Positions 1-12,819 of a stretch of 64,000 nt of DNA are shown in pieces; the stretch's first letter is position 1, and each line of letters opens with the position of its first letter. The stretch lies in NCBI RefSeq assembly GCF_009914755.1, contig NC_060947.1; one strand, given 5' to 3'. The translations under genes were made by a program, and so were the position numbers. The stretch is from the human T2T-CHM13v2.0 reference genome, Homo sapiens. The notes under the pieces are model-generated. The model saw only the letters and a list, made by a program, of their open reading frames with translations, was not told where the DNA came from and did not search any database.

Positions 1-296
1 GTTCCATTTTAATGCACTGAATTGTGTACATATATATCATACAGCCTATTCCTTAATGTAAATAATCAGTTGTATTTGGAAAATTTGGGCTGTGTCAAGT
101 AATGATAAAAGTAAAAGATATGTGCTTGCTAGCCAACAAAACCTGGAGATATACATCCATATTTCTAAATAAATAAAATAATAAATAGCCGATTATCTTG
201 GTTTAGGTTGCCATAACAATACGCCATTGACTGGGTGGCTAAAACAATAGAAACTTATTTTCTCACAGCTCAGAGACTAGAAGTTCAAAGTACCAG

Positions 297-704
297 TGAT
301 AGAGACAGGTGACAGTCAAGAGTCCCCGGCAAAACCCTGCTTTCAAGCCTATAATAGCCTGAAGGCTGAAAAACCAGACTGCTGGTCCCGGATGAAGCCC
401 ACCCTTTCACGACTAATTGTCTCTGAATACAGCCCACCTGTGCACTGGGAGGAAGGGGTGGAGCCTCAGGAAGTTCTCCCCATTTGCAGTGGGGAGGAGC
501 CCAACCTCTCCTGTTCCTGTGTGGTGACCTGGGATTCAATCTGTGAAGTGGAGGGCCTGTTAGCATCTCACTTTGCTGAGTTTTTTTTCCTTTTTGCCCA
601 GTAAATTCCACTCCTCACCCTTCTATGTGTCCGCAAGCCTCATCTTTCCTGGTCGTGTGACAAGAACCTGATTTTAGCTGAACTAAAGAGAATGTTCTGC
701 AACA
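297..704 (+). mobile_element. MER61-family ERV1 solo LTR
   Basis: TG...CA termini (tgatagagacagg...ttctgcaaca); 4 bp TSD ccag at 293-296 and 705-708; its 3' half closely matches the second copy at 18523-18877; family name from recalled consensus. Confidence 0.75.
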
Positions 705-770
705 CCAGTATGGTTGGTTTCCGGTGACGGCTCTATTCCTAGCTTGAAGATAGCTGCTTTAAGAGAGCTG

Positions 771-904
771 CTTCCTCTTTTCCTAATTGAATCCCCTTTA
801 TTTCTTTCTTTTGCATGATTGCCCTGGTGAGAACTTCCAACACTATGTTGAATAGGAGTGGTGCGAGAGGGCATCCCCGTCTTGTGCCAGTTTTCAAAGG
901 GAAT
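771..904 (-). mobile_element. Inverted 5' segment of an L1PA (ORF2 RT region)
   Basis: Antisense L1 ORF2 'cttcctcttttcctaattgaa...cactatgttgaataggagtggtg...ccagttttcaaagggaat'; the same segment occurs in the minus-strand L1 at ~39950-40085. Confidence 0.9.
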
Positions 905-2092
905 TACACTTTATACAAAAATTAATTCAAGATGGATTAAAGACTTAAATGTTAGACCTAAAACCAAAGAAAACCCTAGAAGAAAACCTAGGCAATACCA
1001 TTCAGGACATAGGCATGGGCAAGGACTTCATGACTAAAACACAAAAAGCAATGGCAACAAAAGCCAAAATAGACAAATGGGATCTAATTAAACCAAAGAG
1101 CATCTGCACAGCAAAAGAAACTACCATCAGAGTGAACAGGCAACCTACAGAATAGGAGAAAATTTTTGCAATCTACACATCTGACAGAGGGCTAATATCC
1201 AGAATCTACAGAGAACTTAAACAAATTTACAAGAAAAAAATCAAACAACCCCATCAAAAAGTGCGCAAAGGATATGAACAGACACTTCAAAAGAAGACAT
1301 TAATGCAGCCAATAGACACATGAAAAAATGCTCGTCATCACTGGTCATCGGAGAAATGCAACTCAAAACCACAATGAGATACCATTTCACACCAGTTAGA
1401 ATGGCGATCATTAAAAAGTCAGGAAACAACAGGTGCTGGAGAGGATGTGGAGAAATAGGAATGCTTTTTCACTGTTGGTGGGAGGGTAAACTAGTTCAAC
1501 CATTGTGGAAAACTGTGGCGATTCCTCAAGGATCTAGAATTGGAAATACCATTTGACCCAGCCATCCCATTACTGGGTATATACCCAAAGGATTACAAAT
1601 CATGCTATTATAAAGACACATGCACACGTATGTTCACGGCGGCACTATTCACAATAGCAAAGACTTGGAGCCAACCCAAATGTCCATCAATGATAGACTG
1701 GATTAAGAAAATGTGGCACATATACACCATGGAATATTATGTGGCCATAAAAAAGGATGAGTTCATGTCCTTTGTAGGGACATGGATGAAGCTGGAAACC
1801 ATCATTCTCAGCAAACTATCTCAAGGGCAGAAAATCAAACACTGCATGTTCTCACTCATAGGTGGGAATTGAACGACGAGAACAATTGGACACAGAGCGG
1901 GGAACATCACACACTGGGGCCTGTTGTGGGGTGGGGGGAGGGGGGAGGGATAGCATTAGGAGAAATACCTAATGTAAATGACGAGTTAATGCGTGCAGCA
2001 AACCAACATGGCACATGTATACATATGTAACAAACCTGCATGTTGTGCACACGTACCCTAGAACTTAAAGTATAAATAAAAAAATAAAAAAA
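905..2092 (+). mobile_element. L1PA (about L1PA5) 3' end: ORF2 C-terminus, 3'UTR and A-tail, decayed
   Basis: ORF fragments [46 protein letters not shown] and [19 protein letters not shown]...IGGN are L1 ORF2p C-terminal; G-rich 3'UTR; 'gaacttaaagtataa' followed by an A-tail. Confidence 0.95.
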
Positions 2093-2486
2093 CATGAATG
2101 GGATCATACTATTTCCATTGTTTTGTAGCATGTTTTTCTAAGAAATGCATTTGGAGATCTTTCCACGTATGTACATACAAATAGACCTTAATTTAAAAAA
2201 TAATGCTTCCATAGTATTCTATAATATAAATGGATTATAATTTTAAACAACTTTTTGTGGGTATTCTGATTACAAGTGAAGTGGAGCATCTTAAAAACAG
2301 TTTGTTAGCCATTTAAATTTTATTTTTTCATTTTTAAAACTGAATCGCCTCTTTATAACTTCTGTCCATTTTAATGTACATTGGATGTTTGGTCTTTTAC
2401 AATTGATTTGAAATTATTACATAAAGCCCAATATCAATCCTTTTGTGTTAAATACATTGCAAATATTTTCTTCCATGAAAAATAAA
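2093..2486 (+). other. Probable L1 3' transduction (old L1M-like antisense sequence) ending in a second A-rich tail
   Basis: Lies between the L1 A-tail and the right TSD copy (aagatagctgcttcctc, 2487-2503); the MLT1 host sequence resumes only after it. Confidence 0.8.
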
Positions 2487-3268
2487 AAGATAGCTGCTTC
2501 CTCGTTGTGTTCTCACATGGTGGGGAGAAAGTATGTCTCTTCTTAGAAGGGCACTAATCCCATCATGTGGGCCCTATCTTCATGGAATGATCTAAACCTA
2601 ATCATCCCCCAAAGGCCCAATTGCTAAATACTATCACATTGGTGGTTAGGGCTACAACATATAAATTTGGGGGACACAATTCCATACATAGCACCAACTC
2701 ATCTAGATAATGTATTAACACTAAATAAATGTTTTCTTCAACTCATGTTTTAAAAACTTGTTTATTTTCTACCATATCTTACATTCCATATTATGTGTCA
2801 TGCTTTCTAAGACAGATGGTTTTAAAACTTATTTCTTACTATACTTTGCATCTTACACTATATAGCATAAATTGATTAGCTAACATGCCTTTAAAATTGT
2901 TATGCTCACTTGGAACTAGGATATCTAAATTCCAATATAATAGAACAGGTCAGGTCTCAGACATTCTGAGTAAATGATTTGTTACTGTATTTAATCATTT
3001 TCAGCTCTCTTATACACAGAGAGGTGCAAATAGCATTCCATTTATATATCATTCCAATCATCATTCTCATTATAAGATGTGGTAAGTTATTGTGATTATA
3101 AAGTTGCTGGTACAATAAATACTTACCTTTAAATATAAGGTAAGGAAAATGAGGCATGGAAAATTTATGTTATTTGTTGAAGATTACATGGTCAACCAGT
3201 GGTGACCATTGAGATGAGTATGCCTTTACTCCAGGTCATAATCACTTTCCAGCTTTACACATAATGGT

Positions 3269-3333
3269 CAGCATCATACTTGTGTATGATGCTGTAGTCT
3301 TTACTGTGTAGTCTTTACTTGTGTAGTCTTTAC
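3269..3333. repeat. 11 bp perfect inverted repeat followed by three copies of tgtagtctttac
   Basis: cagcatcatac-ttgt-gtatgatgctg at 3269-3294; tgtagtctttac at ~3293, ~3307 and ~3322. Confidence 0.9.
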
Positions 3334-3865
3334 TGACTAACCTCATTCCAAAGATTACAGAAATAAATCTGCCATTTAACCCTTCTTCCTCTTCCCCTAA
3401 CAGATATATCTGCCTGAAAAATCACCAAAAGGAATAGTGGATGGTCATCAGAAAAGGTTATGTAACTGACATGGGAGGAGGGTAAGCACATGCATATTAA
3501 TACAATGGAATGATGAGCAGGTAATTGTAAACAGTGGTAGAGTTGAAAAAGAGAGAACAGACTAGTCTACAAGGTTTCACAGAAAAGTTGTATGATACAC
3601 AGGGAAGGGAAATGGCCCTAATGAAAGGGAGCAGGGTGCCTCAGTGGCTTGGGCAATGGTACGAGGGAATGGCAGAGCAGCAGAAGTAAATATAACAATT
3701 AAGAGAGGGGAAAAATTATAGACATGCTAATGCTGATTTAATAATTTTCCTAGCCCAAGCCAGCTATTTAATTTTCTAAACAAACATTTTTGTACTGCTT
3801 ATTAAGTGTTAGGTATGCTATGTGCCCAAGTATAATGGTGAAGGTGAAAGTCACTTCTCTCAAAA

Positions 3866-3887
3866 GCGCACACACACACACACACAC
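3866..3887. repeat. Short (CA)n microsatellite
   Basis: gcacacacacacacacacacac. Confidence 0.9.
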
Positions 3888-4859
3888 CCCTTTGAAAAGC
3901 TTAGTCAGTGAGAAGAAATGGTGAGACATGAGGTTCTTTGTGTCTCCAGGAGCTCATCTCCTATTCTCAGCTGAGTTGCAACTACTAAATGTCGCATTAA
4001 TCCATTAATAATCACTCCACAAATATTCTAGGTTTCATGTGAGAACAGGTCTCTATTGTAGAGCCATTTATATGTGTGCTTTACAAGGTGATCAGTGCTA
4101 TGTCAGTAGCTGAATCAGGTAATAGGCACAGAGATATCTCTCAGATTTAGGATTAAGTTGGAATGTTCACCCTAGATATAGTCTTCTATTTCTGGAGGGC
4201 ATTCCAAAGAAGCAAAATATACCTTTCTATCCCAGAACAGACTAGACTTTGTTGAATCCTATTGTAACCGTGTCACCTTGGATTAGTTACCTTCTATGTC
4301 CTGGAGAATTAGCAAGGGAAAAACTGTTGCTGGTACATCTTGATTATTTAACATATAATGGTTATTTGCAGGGTTTGGCTAAACTTGAATCCAACGTTTA
4401 TAAAGAAATTTATGTTTAAAGCCCTTATTCATGTTACTTTATCAAAGGCAATCAAATTTTATCAGTGATCATTGCTTGCTCTTCTGCCTTCTATTAAGAC
4501 CTCAGGTCCTCAAAGGACAATATTTTCCAGTGACAAATAAGTTTGCCTCCCTGGAGAGGAGAGCATGACTAGGTAGAAGTGGTAAATGGACATAGTCAAA
4601 TGAGTGCAGGCGTGGGGACAGCAATTGGTAGATGGTCTTTAAACCCAAGACCAGATATTTCAATTAGAGAACCAATTAGGTACCTTTTTATGTTGCTGTG
4701 AAGCTTAGAGCACACTGAGGAGAAAGGAATCTGAATAGGTAAGCAAGGAAGCCAATGAGGGAGATTGGGTGGTAATATCTGGGTATAGTGTTTAGGGAGT
4801 GTGAAAGTACTTAGTGACAGCTGTATAAAAATACCTGCTTCTGCTACATTTATGTTTGT

Positions 4860-5860
4860 GTTTGGGCTTGTCTGTCTTGTCCCTCAACTAAATGGCAAAT
4901 TCTAAGAACAGGGAGTTTCTTATTTTATCAATCCACACACTGCCTAGTGCCATGCCTCACTAGATAAGCTTGTCAATGGAGTGACAAATGTGTTCCAGTT
5001 TCTGCAAAATAAACTGAAGCAAAGGCCAATGGAAGACATTTTTGAGGTATGCTTTGTTTGGACTGTTTTTTTTTTTTTTTTACATTGGAAAACTATTGGA
5101 CATTTAAAAAATACGTACACATGTAGATTGACTATATTACATTTAAATTCAAAAGTTTTAGAACACTTTTTGAGGGGTTAAAAAGGTATGATTTTGGCCC
5201 AGTATACCTTTGCATATTTCCTGTCCTGCAGCCACACTGCAACATTTGCCATTCAACAGACCCACTGGTGCTCTCTCCATCTCTGAATCTTTGCATTCAT
5301 ACTTGACTTCCCACCTTGAATGTCCTTTCATCCCATATTGTTTGCATCCTACTCTTCTGAGGCCCATTACCAATGTTACCCCTTTTATTAACCATTCTTT
5401 GAAATCTAAAGAAAGAAGCTACAGTAATCTCTTCTGACCACCTATAGCACTGTTTCCTATTATGCCCCCAATACCTCCTAAGACACATGAAGCCAGGTGG
5501 TGGCAGAAAGAGAACAGACAGATATAGAAAAAAGCAGACAGGAGGCAGTTACTGTGTCAGGAATAGCAGAACCCTGGATTGAAAATTCACAAACTCCTGC
5601 TGCTGAAATTTCTAGAGCTTGGTTCATTTTCAGATTTTGGACATGCACGCTTATAATAAATCCTTATCATCTGAGCTAGTCTGAGTAAGTCTCTGCTTCG
5701 TGCAATCGTCCAACAGGCCTAATGTTGTGCTTTGTATTTGTATACTTGTTTTATCTTCCCTAACAGAGGATAAAGCCCTTTGAAAGGTAATGACTCTCAT
5801 AGCACCTGCAGTGTGGTACACAGCCAGTACTTAGCAAATGTTTGTTGAAAAACTGAATGG
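4860..5860 (+). mobile_element. Degraded L2 fragments with an intervening old LTR-like piece (~5490-5720)
   Basis: L2 3'-end motifs 'ctgcctagtgccatgcct...' and 'tacttagcaaatgtttgttgaa...gaatg'; boundaries approximate. Confidence 0.45.
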
Positions 5861-6414
5861 AGAAAACCAGACAAGTCATCCTCAAATCATATTGAATTTC
5901 CATCCATTTTTAGCAAGGCAAGAACTGAACATAGGTAGTTCATAATAATATTTTACTAAACAATGCTTTTTCAAATGAATGATTTGCCTGCTTCCCTCTT
6001 CACTGTTATAGATTTCTTCCTATTAGTGTTCTGCAAATGCGTTTATGACACGTCTTTGCCAAAGGCTAACTTCAGCAGCAGCACCATGTATCAAAAAAGA
6101 TGTGTCACATATGCAAATTACATAATATAAAGCCATGCATTCCTCTCATTGTTTTAACTATCTTTTAGTTTAAAGGGTGCTGGTCTGTTTCACATTTCTT
6201 TCAGAGAGGCCAAAAACATACACTCTACTTGAACTTATGTCATTTACTCATAACGAGAAACACTTTGTCAACCTTATTTTCACATACATCTGGTGTGACT
6301 AGATACCGTCACGGAAATTATTTTTAACAGTGAATTTGAAGGATTAAAAGGTTCACGAAAGTCACATGAAATACATAACTATGAAGTATAGTCTCATTTT
6401 ATGGATATCACCTC

Positions 6415-6640
6415 CTTACACTTATATAGTGTTTTATGGTTTGCAAAACACTATATTATCTCATTTGCTCCTTACAACAGGAGTCTGTGAGATAGACATG
6501 GAAGGCATCATTCCCATTTTATATATCAAAAACCAGAGGAGTTAACTGACTTTACTAAGGCCATAGAGATTGTAAGCAGTAAAAAGAACCCAGAAAAAGA
6601 ACCCAAGTCTTTCAACTTCCAATCCAGTATCTTTTGACTT
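6415..6640 (-). mobile_element. MIR SINE
   Basis: 'tattatctcatttgctccttacaac...tgtgag...ttcccattttata...gttaactgactttactaaggccata' matches the reverse MIR core. Confidence 0.6.
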
Positions 6641-6673
6641 CAAATCCAGTTATTTTCAACTATTCTATTTATA

Positions 6674-6891
6674 ACAATGTTTTCCAAATGTCTGGCTATG
6701 ATCAATTGATGGGTTATGAAACCAATTTTGACTAGGATAAAAAATGAAATAGAATATAATATATCCTAGAACATCACATTTAGTAAAGATTTTAATTGTT
6801 TCATGAAACTTTTGTTTCAGTTTTGTATATTATGATGCAAAATATATTTTAACTGTGGGAAACGGTGAGAAAAATAAATTAAAAGTCACTG
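6674..6891. mobile_element. hAT-Charlie non-autonomous DNA transposon (Charlie4-like)
   Basis: Degenerate TIRs 'caatgttttccaaa' and 'aaaagtcactg'; internal 'gtttcatgaaacttttgtttcagtt...atgcaaaatatattttaactgtggg'. Confidence 0.5.
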
Positions 6892-9800
6892 TTCTATACC
6901 ATGTTGCCTATTAAACTAATTAAGTAGTTCAAGAGTACTTTGTGCCACCAAAATGTCCACATTATTGGTTTTAACATTAAAATAATTGTAGATAATAAAA
7001 ATATGGTTTCTGGCAATCCTTGAGTTAGGTATTGTTTATGTGCCGGTAATTTCATTGCTTGAGTGCTTTTAAGAGTTCTACTGGAATATTATATAAAAAT
7101 TTGGGTTTTTATACAGGTATGATGGTGGTTTTATTACTGCTTTTGTGGAAAAAAATGCTAATTGTGCTTTATAAAGAAATCATCTTAGAAAATCTTCACC
7201 TGACTTAAATATATTCAGGAGAATGTAGGAAACACTGACTATAGATAATACCCTGGTATTCACAGATCTAATTCTTATTAAATTAGGATATCTGATATCT
7301 CTGTAACTTATTAACAGCTTATTTAATTATATGTATTACCAATGAATAATCAAAATGAATAAATCCACAACTGTTTTCTTAATTACAATGAATACAATGG
7401 CTCTTCATTATATGTAACATATAGTACAAAATCATTAGTAGGGCCTATAAACCCCAGCAGCTTTATCCCCTATCTCTCTACTCTGCATAAGCCACGCACA
7501 TCTGTGTTTCCACAGTACTGTATTATACATGCTTCCTTTGCTTTGATGCTATTGCTTCTCACCCTTCTCAGTGGAGCTAGGTCTTAAGGCATGAATGGAA
7601 GTCTTTTAGGCAATGTTACCTCTTCTGTGATGCTTTCTTCCATTTTCCTTTCTGTGTTCTCACACAACTTATTATCTATCAGAAACCAACATTATCATGA
7701 GTATTTGTGTGTGTGTGTGTTGTGTCAGTGAGGCAGTGAGTTGCTTGAAGGTGAGGTCTATTTATTATTCATTTTTGAATCTTGGTGCCCTGCACAATGT
7801 CTAGGTCATAGTAGGTACCTGATTAAATATGTGAGCAAATAGTATTAATATTTACCTTGAATTTACTTGGGCAAATGCAAAAATACATAATGCAATTTTA
7901 CATGTGGTCATAAGAATTTTTAGATAGATCTATCAATCTATCTATTCTTTTTTACACCGAAGGCTTTATTGTTCTTTACTGAATGATTACATATTAAAAT
8001 ATTAATTTAGGGGCAGAAAATTATGCTTAAACTTATTATTCTGTGGTTCATACAATAGCAAAGGAGCTGGCTGATTTGGTCTGTTCAAGCCAACACTTAA
8101 CCAAATTGCTGACATGATTTTATTCGACGACGTGCATAATATGGACCAAGGCATTTTTATTTTCCCACAGGCTGAGATGGTGGTTTAGAGATATAGCCTA
8201 AATGTTAGAATTTTCTCTCTATAATTTAGTCATCATTGTACTATGAAAAAAACCTAAAAGATAAGCAAATTTTTATGGATAGTTGGGTCATTTAATATTT
8301 TCTGATATGGTGCTATTAAAATTTCATTTATATTCCTATAGGGTTTTCTCCTCAGTGTTTCAGCTAATAGACTTTGAAGTCCCAATGTGTCTATCTCTCC
8401 TCTGAGGGATTTTAAAAATTGTTGCTCTGAAAACAGAGCACTAACTTTCCCAACAGATAAAACACACGAACCACAGCTGGAGAAGTGTGAACGTCAATTT
8501 ATCCTTCATAGCACATAAAATTAGACTCTATGATTGTAGAGGAAGGCAATACTTAATTGAAAGATATTTTAATACATAAACATATTAGAAAACCATCTGT
8601 CTGAGGACTCTACTGTTGTGTATCTATGCTACAAAGTATTTTTAAAAATATGGTAGGCTAAAGGATAATCCTAATTCACATGTGAGTTTGGGAGATAAGT
8701 ATTTTTTATTTTCCTGGCTTGAATTCTTTATACATTTCTCCCATGTATGTGATTGCTTACATGTCTAACCTTCAGCTAAATAATAAGCTTCAGATGGTAT
8801 CCAAATCTTTCTCATCTCCAGATTCCCAGAGTGGTCAACACCATGTTGGCACATTATAAGTGTTTAGCAAATGTTTACTGAGAAAATAAATGACTTATTA
8901 TTAAAACCCTGATGCTTTCAACATTTTCCCTAGGAGCCATTTGATATTTTCCTTTGTGTTACAATGTTACAAAGATGAAAACCCCACAATTTCTTTCTTT
9001 GCCTGTTCAAAGATGTGGCAGTAATGATAGAGGAAGAAGTTGGATTATTCATAACATACAAGATAATCTTTCACGGCAATCTAATTCTTTGGCTTCCATG
9101 TGCAAAACATCTGAACCAATGGTGAAAAATGCAAATAATAGAATTTGTATCTTCAACTAAAAATCAAACTGCTGAATAGCAGGAAACATCTGGGTGATTA
9201 ATCCATTCACATATTCAGTATTGAACACTCAGAGAGTTGCAAGAATCTAAATGTTGTCCATTGCTTTTGGATTACTTGTAGAAATCACAATTGGCTTTCC
9301 TGTGTTTTATTTAAAGTTCAGTGTAACTGAGGATTCATTATGATTTTGTATTTTGAGATATTAGCAGGTCATATTGTACATTTTTCTTATTCCCTTTTTC
9401 AAAACCTGTATTCTAGGTTATTAAAGTGCTTTTAAAATAACATTTTTAGAAAATAGAAATTACACCTATCTAATGTTAAATACAATTATTATTATAACAA
9501 ATGTAAGAAAATATTCAGGGAAACATACTTTGTCATCTGATTCCAACCAACAAAATATTTTTAATGAGTGCATGTCTATTAAAAGAATCCTCAAGATGCT
9601 ATAATTATTATTCATTTTCTAGAATTGTTTCACCATGAAGCTTTATGCTTCTATGGGGACTTTAATGTTTATGTTTTGTGATGGCTACATTGACTATTAA
9701 AAAGCAATTTGGCTGACATTTTAGGTCTTTTGTTGCCAGTTTTAATTGGATTGTTCATCAAGCATCAACTCCCCCGTTAACTGCAAAAATTTCAGGCCAA

Positions 9801-10319
9801 CGTCAGTTTACAGTAATGACTGTTTAATGATTTTATCCTGTCAGTATACAAGCTTCGTATGGATATATGCATGATTAGTTTCATATCAAGACCTGTAATT
9901 AAATAATTGAAGCCTAAACAGAATGGATATCAAACATGAACACATATTTAATAAAGACTCAGAAGCTTATCAAAATACTGATTAGCAATTAAAAGTCAAT
10001 GTTTTGAGTTCATCTGGTGTCAGTACATTTATGATACTTTAGTAAATATTTGTATGAAGATTTTGCGTAAAGTTAAAAGACAGAAATTCTTTTTGGAAAA
10101 GCAGCAAAATTGCTTTTTAAAAAGGTAATTTATATCCAATGTGTATCTATCTGACTGAGTGAGAAAACTCATTTTAAGTATTATTTCATCTGGAGAAAAA
10201 ATTAGCCAAAGCAGAAGAACTCTAGAGTACCAATAAATATTCTTATCAATCAGACACAATTCCAATCCTTAAAAAGTTGACCTATGTACACCTAAACTAA
10301 GCTGTCACCTGTTTGCATG

Positions 10320-10480
10320 TTAGAATGAAAGGACTGAGGAGGGCCTTGGAAACTATTTATTCTAACTTACTTATTTTACAGATATCGAAGTCCAGATGAG
10401 TAAAGTGACTTGCCTAACATCATATAGCTAATTAGTGGCAGAGTCAAGACAAAAAATCCAGGTCCAACATTTTAACTTAT
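10320..10480 (-). mobile_element. MIR SINE
   Basis: 'ttattttacagat...aagtgacttgcctaacatcatatagctaattagtggcagagtcaagac'. Confidence 0.65.
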
Positions 10481-10801
10481 ATATTCCTGGAAGAAAGCAG
10501 TTTAAAACATCTTTTGTGTATTGGTAAATTTATTTTCTTCCCATTTCATTACATTAACATGCTTTGTAACAAAACAAGCTAAGAAACAAATTGTTTAAAG
10601 AGGTGTACAGTAAGTTTCACTTTGTCTTTTCTCCCCACCCACTTCATTTCTCCTCCACCCCCTGTAACCATTTTTACTAGCTTCTTATTCATCTTTCCAT
10701 TATATTTCACACCAGTACAGAATATCAGAATATATATTATAATATCACTCTTTCTGTACACAAAGCATAGTATATTATATTTACATTTTTACACCTTACT
10801 T

Positions 10802-11186
<385 letters not shown>

Positions 11187-12501
11187 TAGTATTCCCTTCA
11201 TGGATCTTATAGTTTATTCAATGTGTTGGCAAATTATTGATCATTATTTGAAAATGTTTTATATGCTAAAAATTATTTCACCTACATATAGGAAGTACAT
11301 ATTTGCATAACTGAAACTTAGAAAATGTAGATACTGATATAAAGGCTGAACTCCAATACACCGTGCACAGCACTAAGGAACTAGAAAAACCATTACTTTT
11401 TCTTTGATTTAAAATTCTAGTTCTATATGTATAGTTATTATTTATCAATTATAAATAAAAATTAATTTAAAAGATCATAAAAATAAAGTTCTAGTTCTAA
11501 AGCCTGTTGAATAAGATGTTTTTCAGCATTTACTGGCATGGGTGAGTGAAACAATGTGTTATTAATTAAAATGTTTACAATGTAGCACACAGAACTTTTA
11601 AATTTTAAGCTATGTTCAGTAAGCACAACATTTCAAAACTCTCCCACCTTCAGTCCCATAGATCATACTACTTTCTTTCTGTTCATGGTAACCCATATAT
11701 AGTCTTCAATTTAAAATAGTTTCATTAAACATTAAAATGGAAGGCCAGCCTATGCTGCTATAGTATAGTGAAAGACATTAGGGAGACAGACCAATTAAGG
11801 TAGAAGCAGATTTCTTGTTAAATGACAGATCCCAGATTCCCATTTCATGAAACATGTATTCCTGCCACATGCCAAATTCCCATTAACTTCAAGAAGGAAT
11901 TATGCACAGAAATACGTAAGCTGAAGAAGGCAGGATGAATTAGTCCAGCGCAATCCTTAAATGTCAGTTTAAAATGCACTGGATGCTTTAAATTATGTGT
12001 AGTCATGTTGTTTGAATTGAATATTATCCACTCACACCTACTCTCTGATCACATCTTCAAAATGAATGGGGCAAAGAATTGCTTGGAATAGAGAAGAGAC
12101 ATGAACAGCTCGATTTGGAATTGTAAGAAAAGATAAAATTCAAAGGTGTGAGTCATGAAAATGTAATGATTCCTCAAGAAAACAGCTTAAGAGAAAGAAA
12201 CTACTTTCCCTCAGCATATAAAATATTTACATTTAAGAAAATGTGTAGAAAGATGTTAAAAATCCTATTAATTCAGGCCAGTTGGAGAGTCAAGTTGTAT
12301 TAAGTGTTAAGTCCATATAATATTTAAAATATAAATGTGTGATAGTTACTTTCAAATGCACTGTATGAATGTTAGTCACTACTTACTAGTATCCTATAGA
12401 AGTTTCTAGACTCACTGGTTTAAAGAAAAACAATAAAAATCTTCATTGTACTACTATTGCTTTTAAAGTTCTTAAAATAGTTTATTCTCTTAGGCAGGTG
12501 A

Positions 12502-12819
<318 letters not shown>

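Larger units (their letters stand above)
194..2693 (-). mobile_element. MLT1A-like ERVL-MaLR solo LTR, split into three pieces (194-296, 705-~760, 2487-2693) by a MER61 LTR and an L1 insertion
   Basis: Reverse MLT1 motifs 'ggttgccataacaa...ctgggtggctaaaacaatagaaacttattttctcacagctc', resuming at 'tgtgttctcacatgg...gggcactaatcccatcatg...aaatttgggggacaca...catagca'; degenerate 5 bp TSD ccgat/ccaac. Confidence 0.75.

Noticed and set aside
7921-7944. Inverted repeat tagatagat...atctatcta
   Set aside because: Low-complexity GATA/TATC sequence, likely chance
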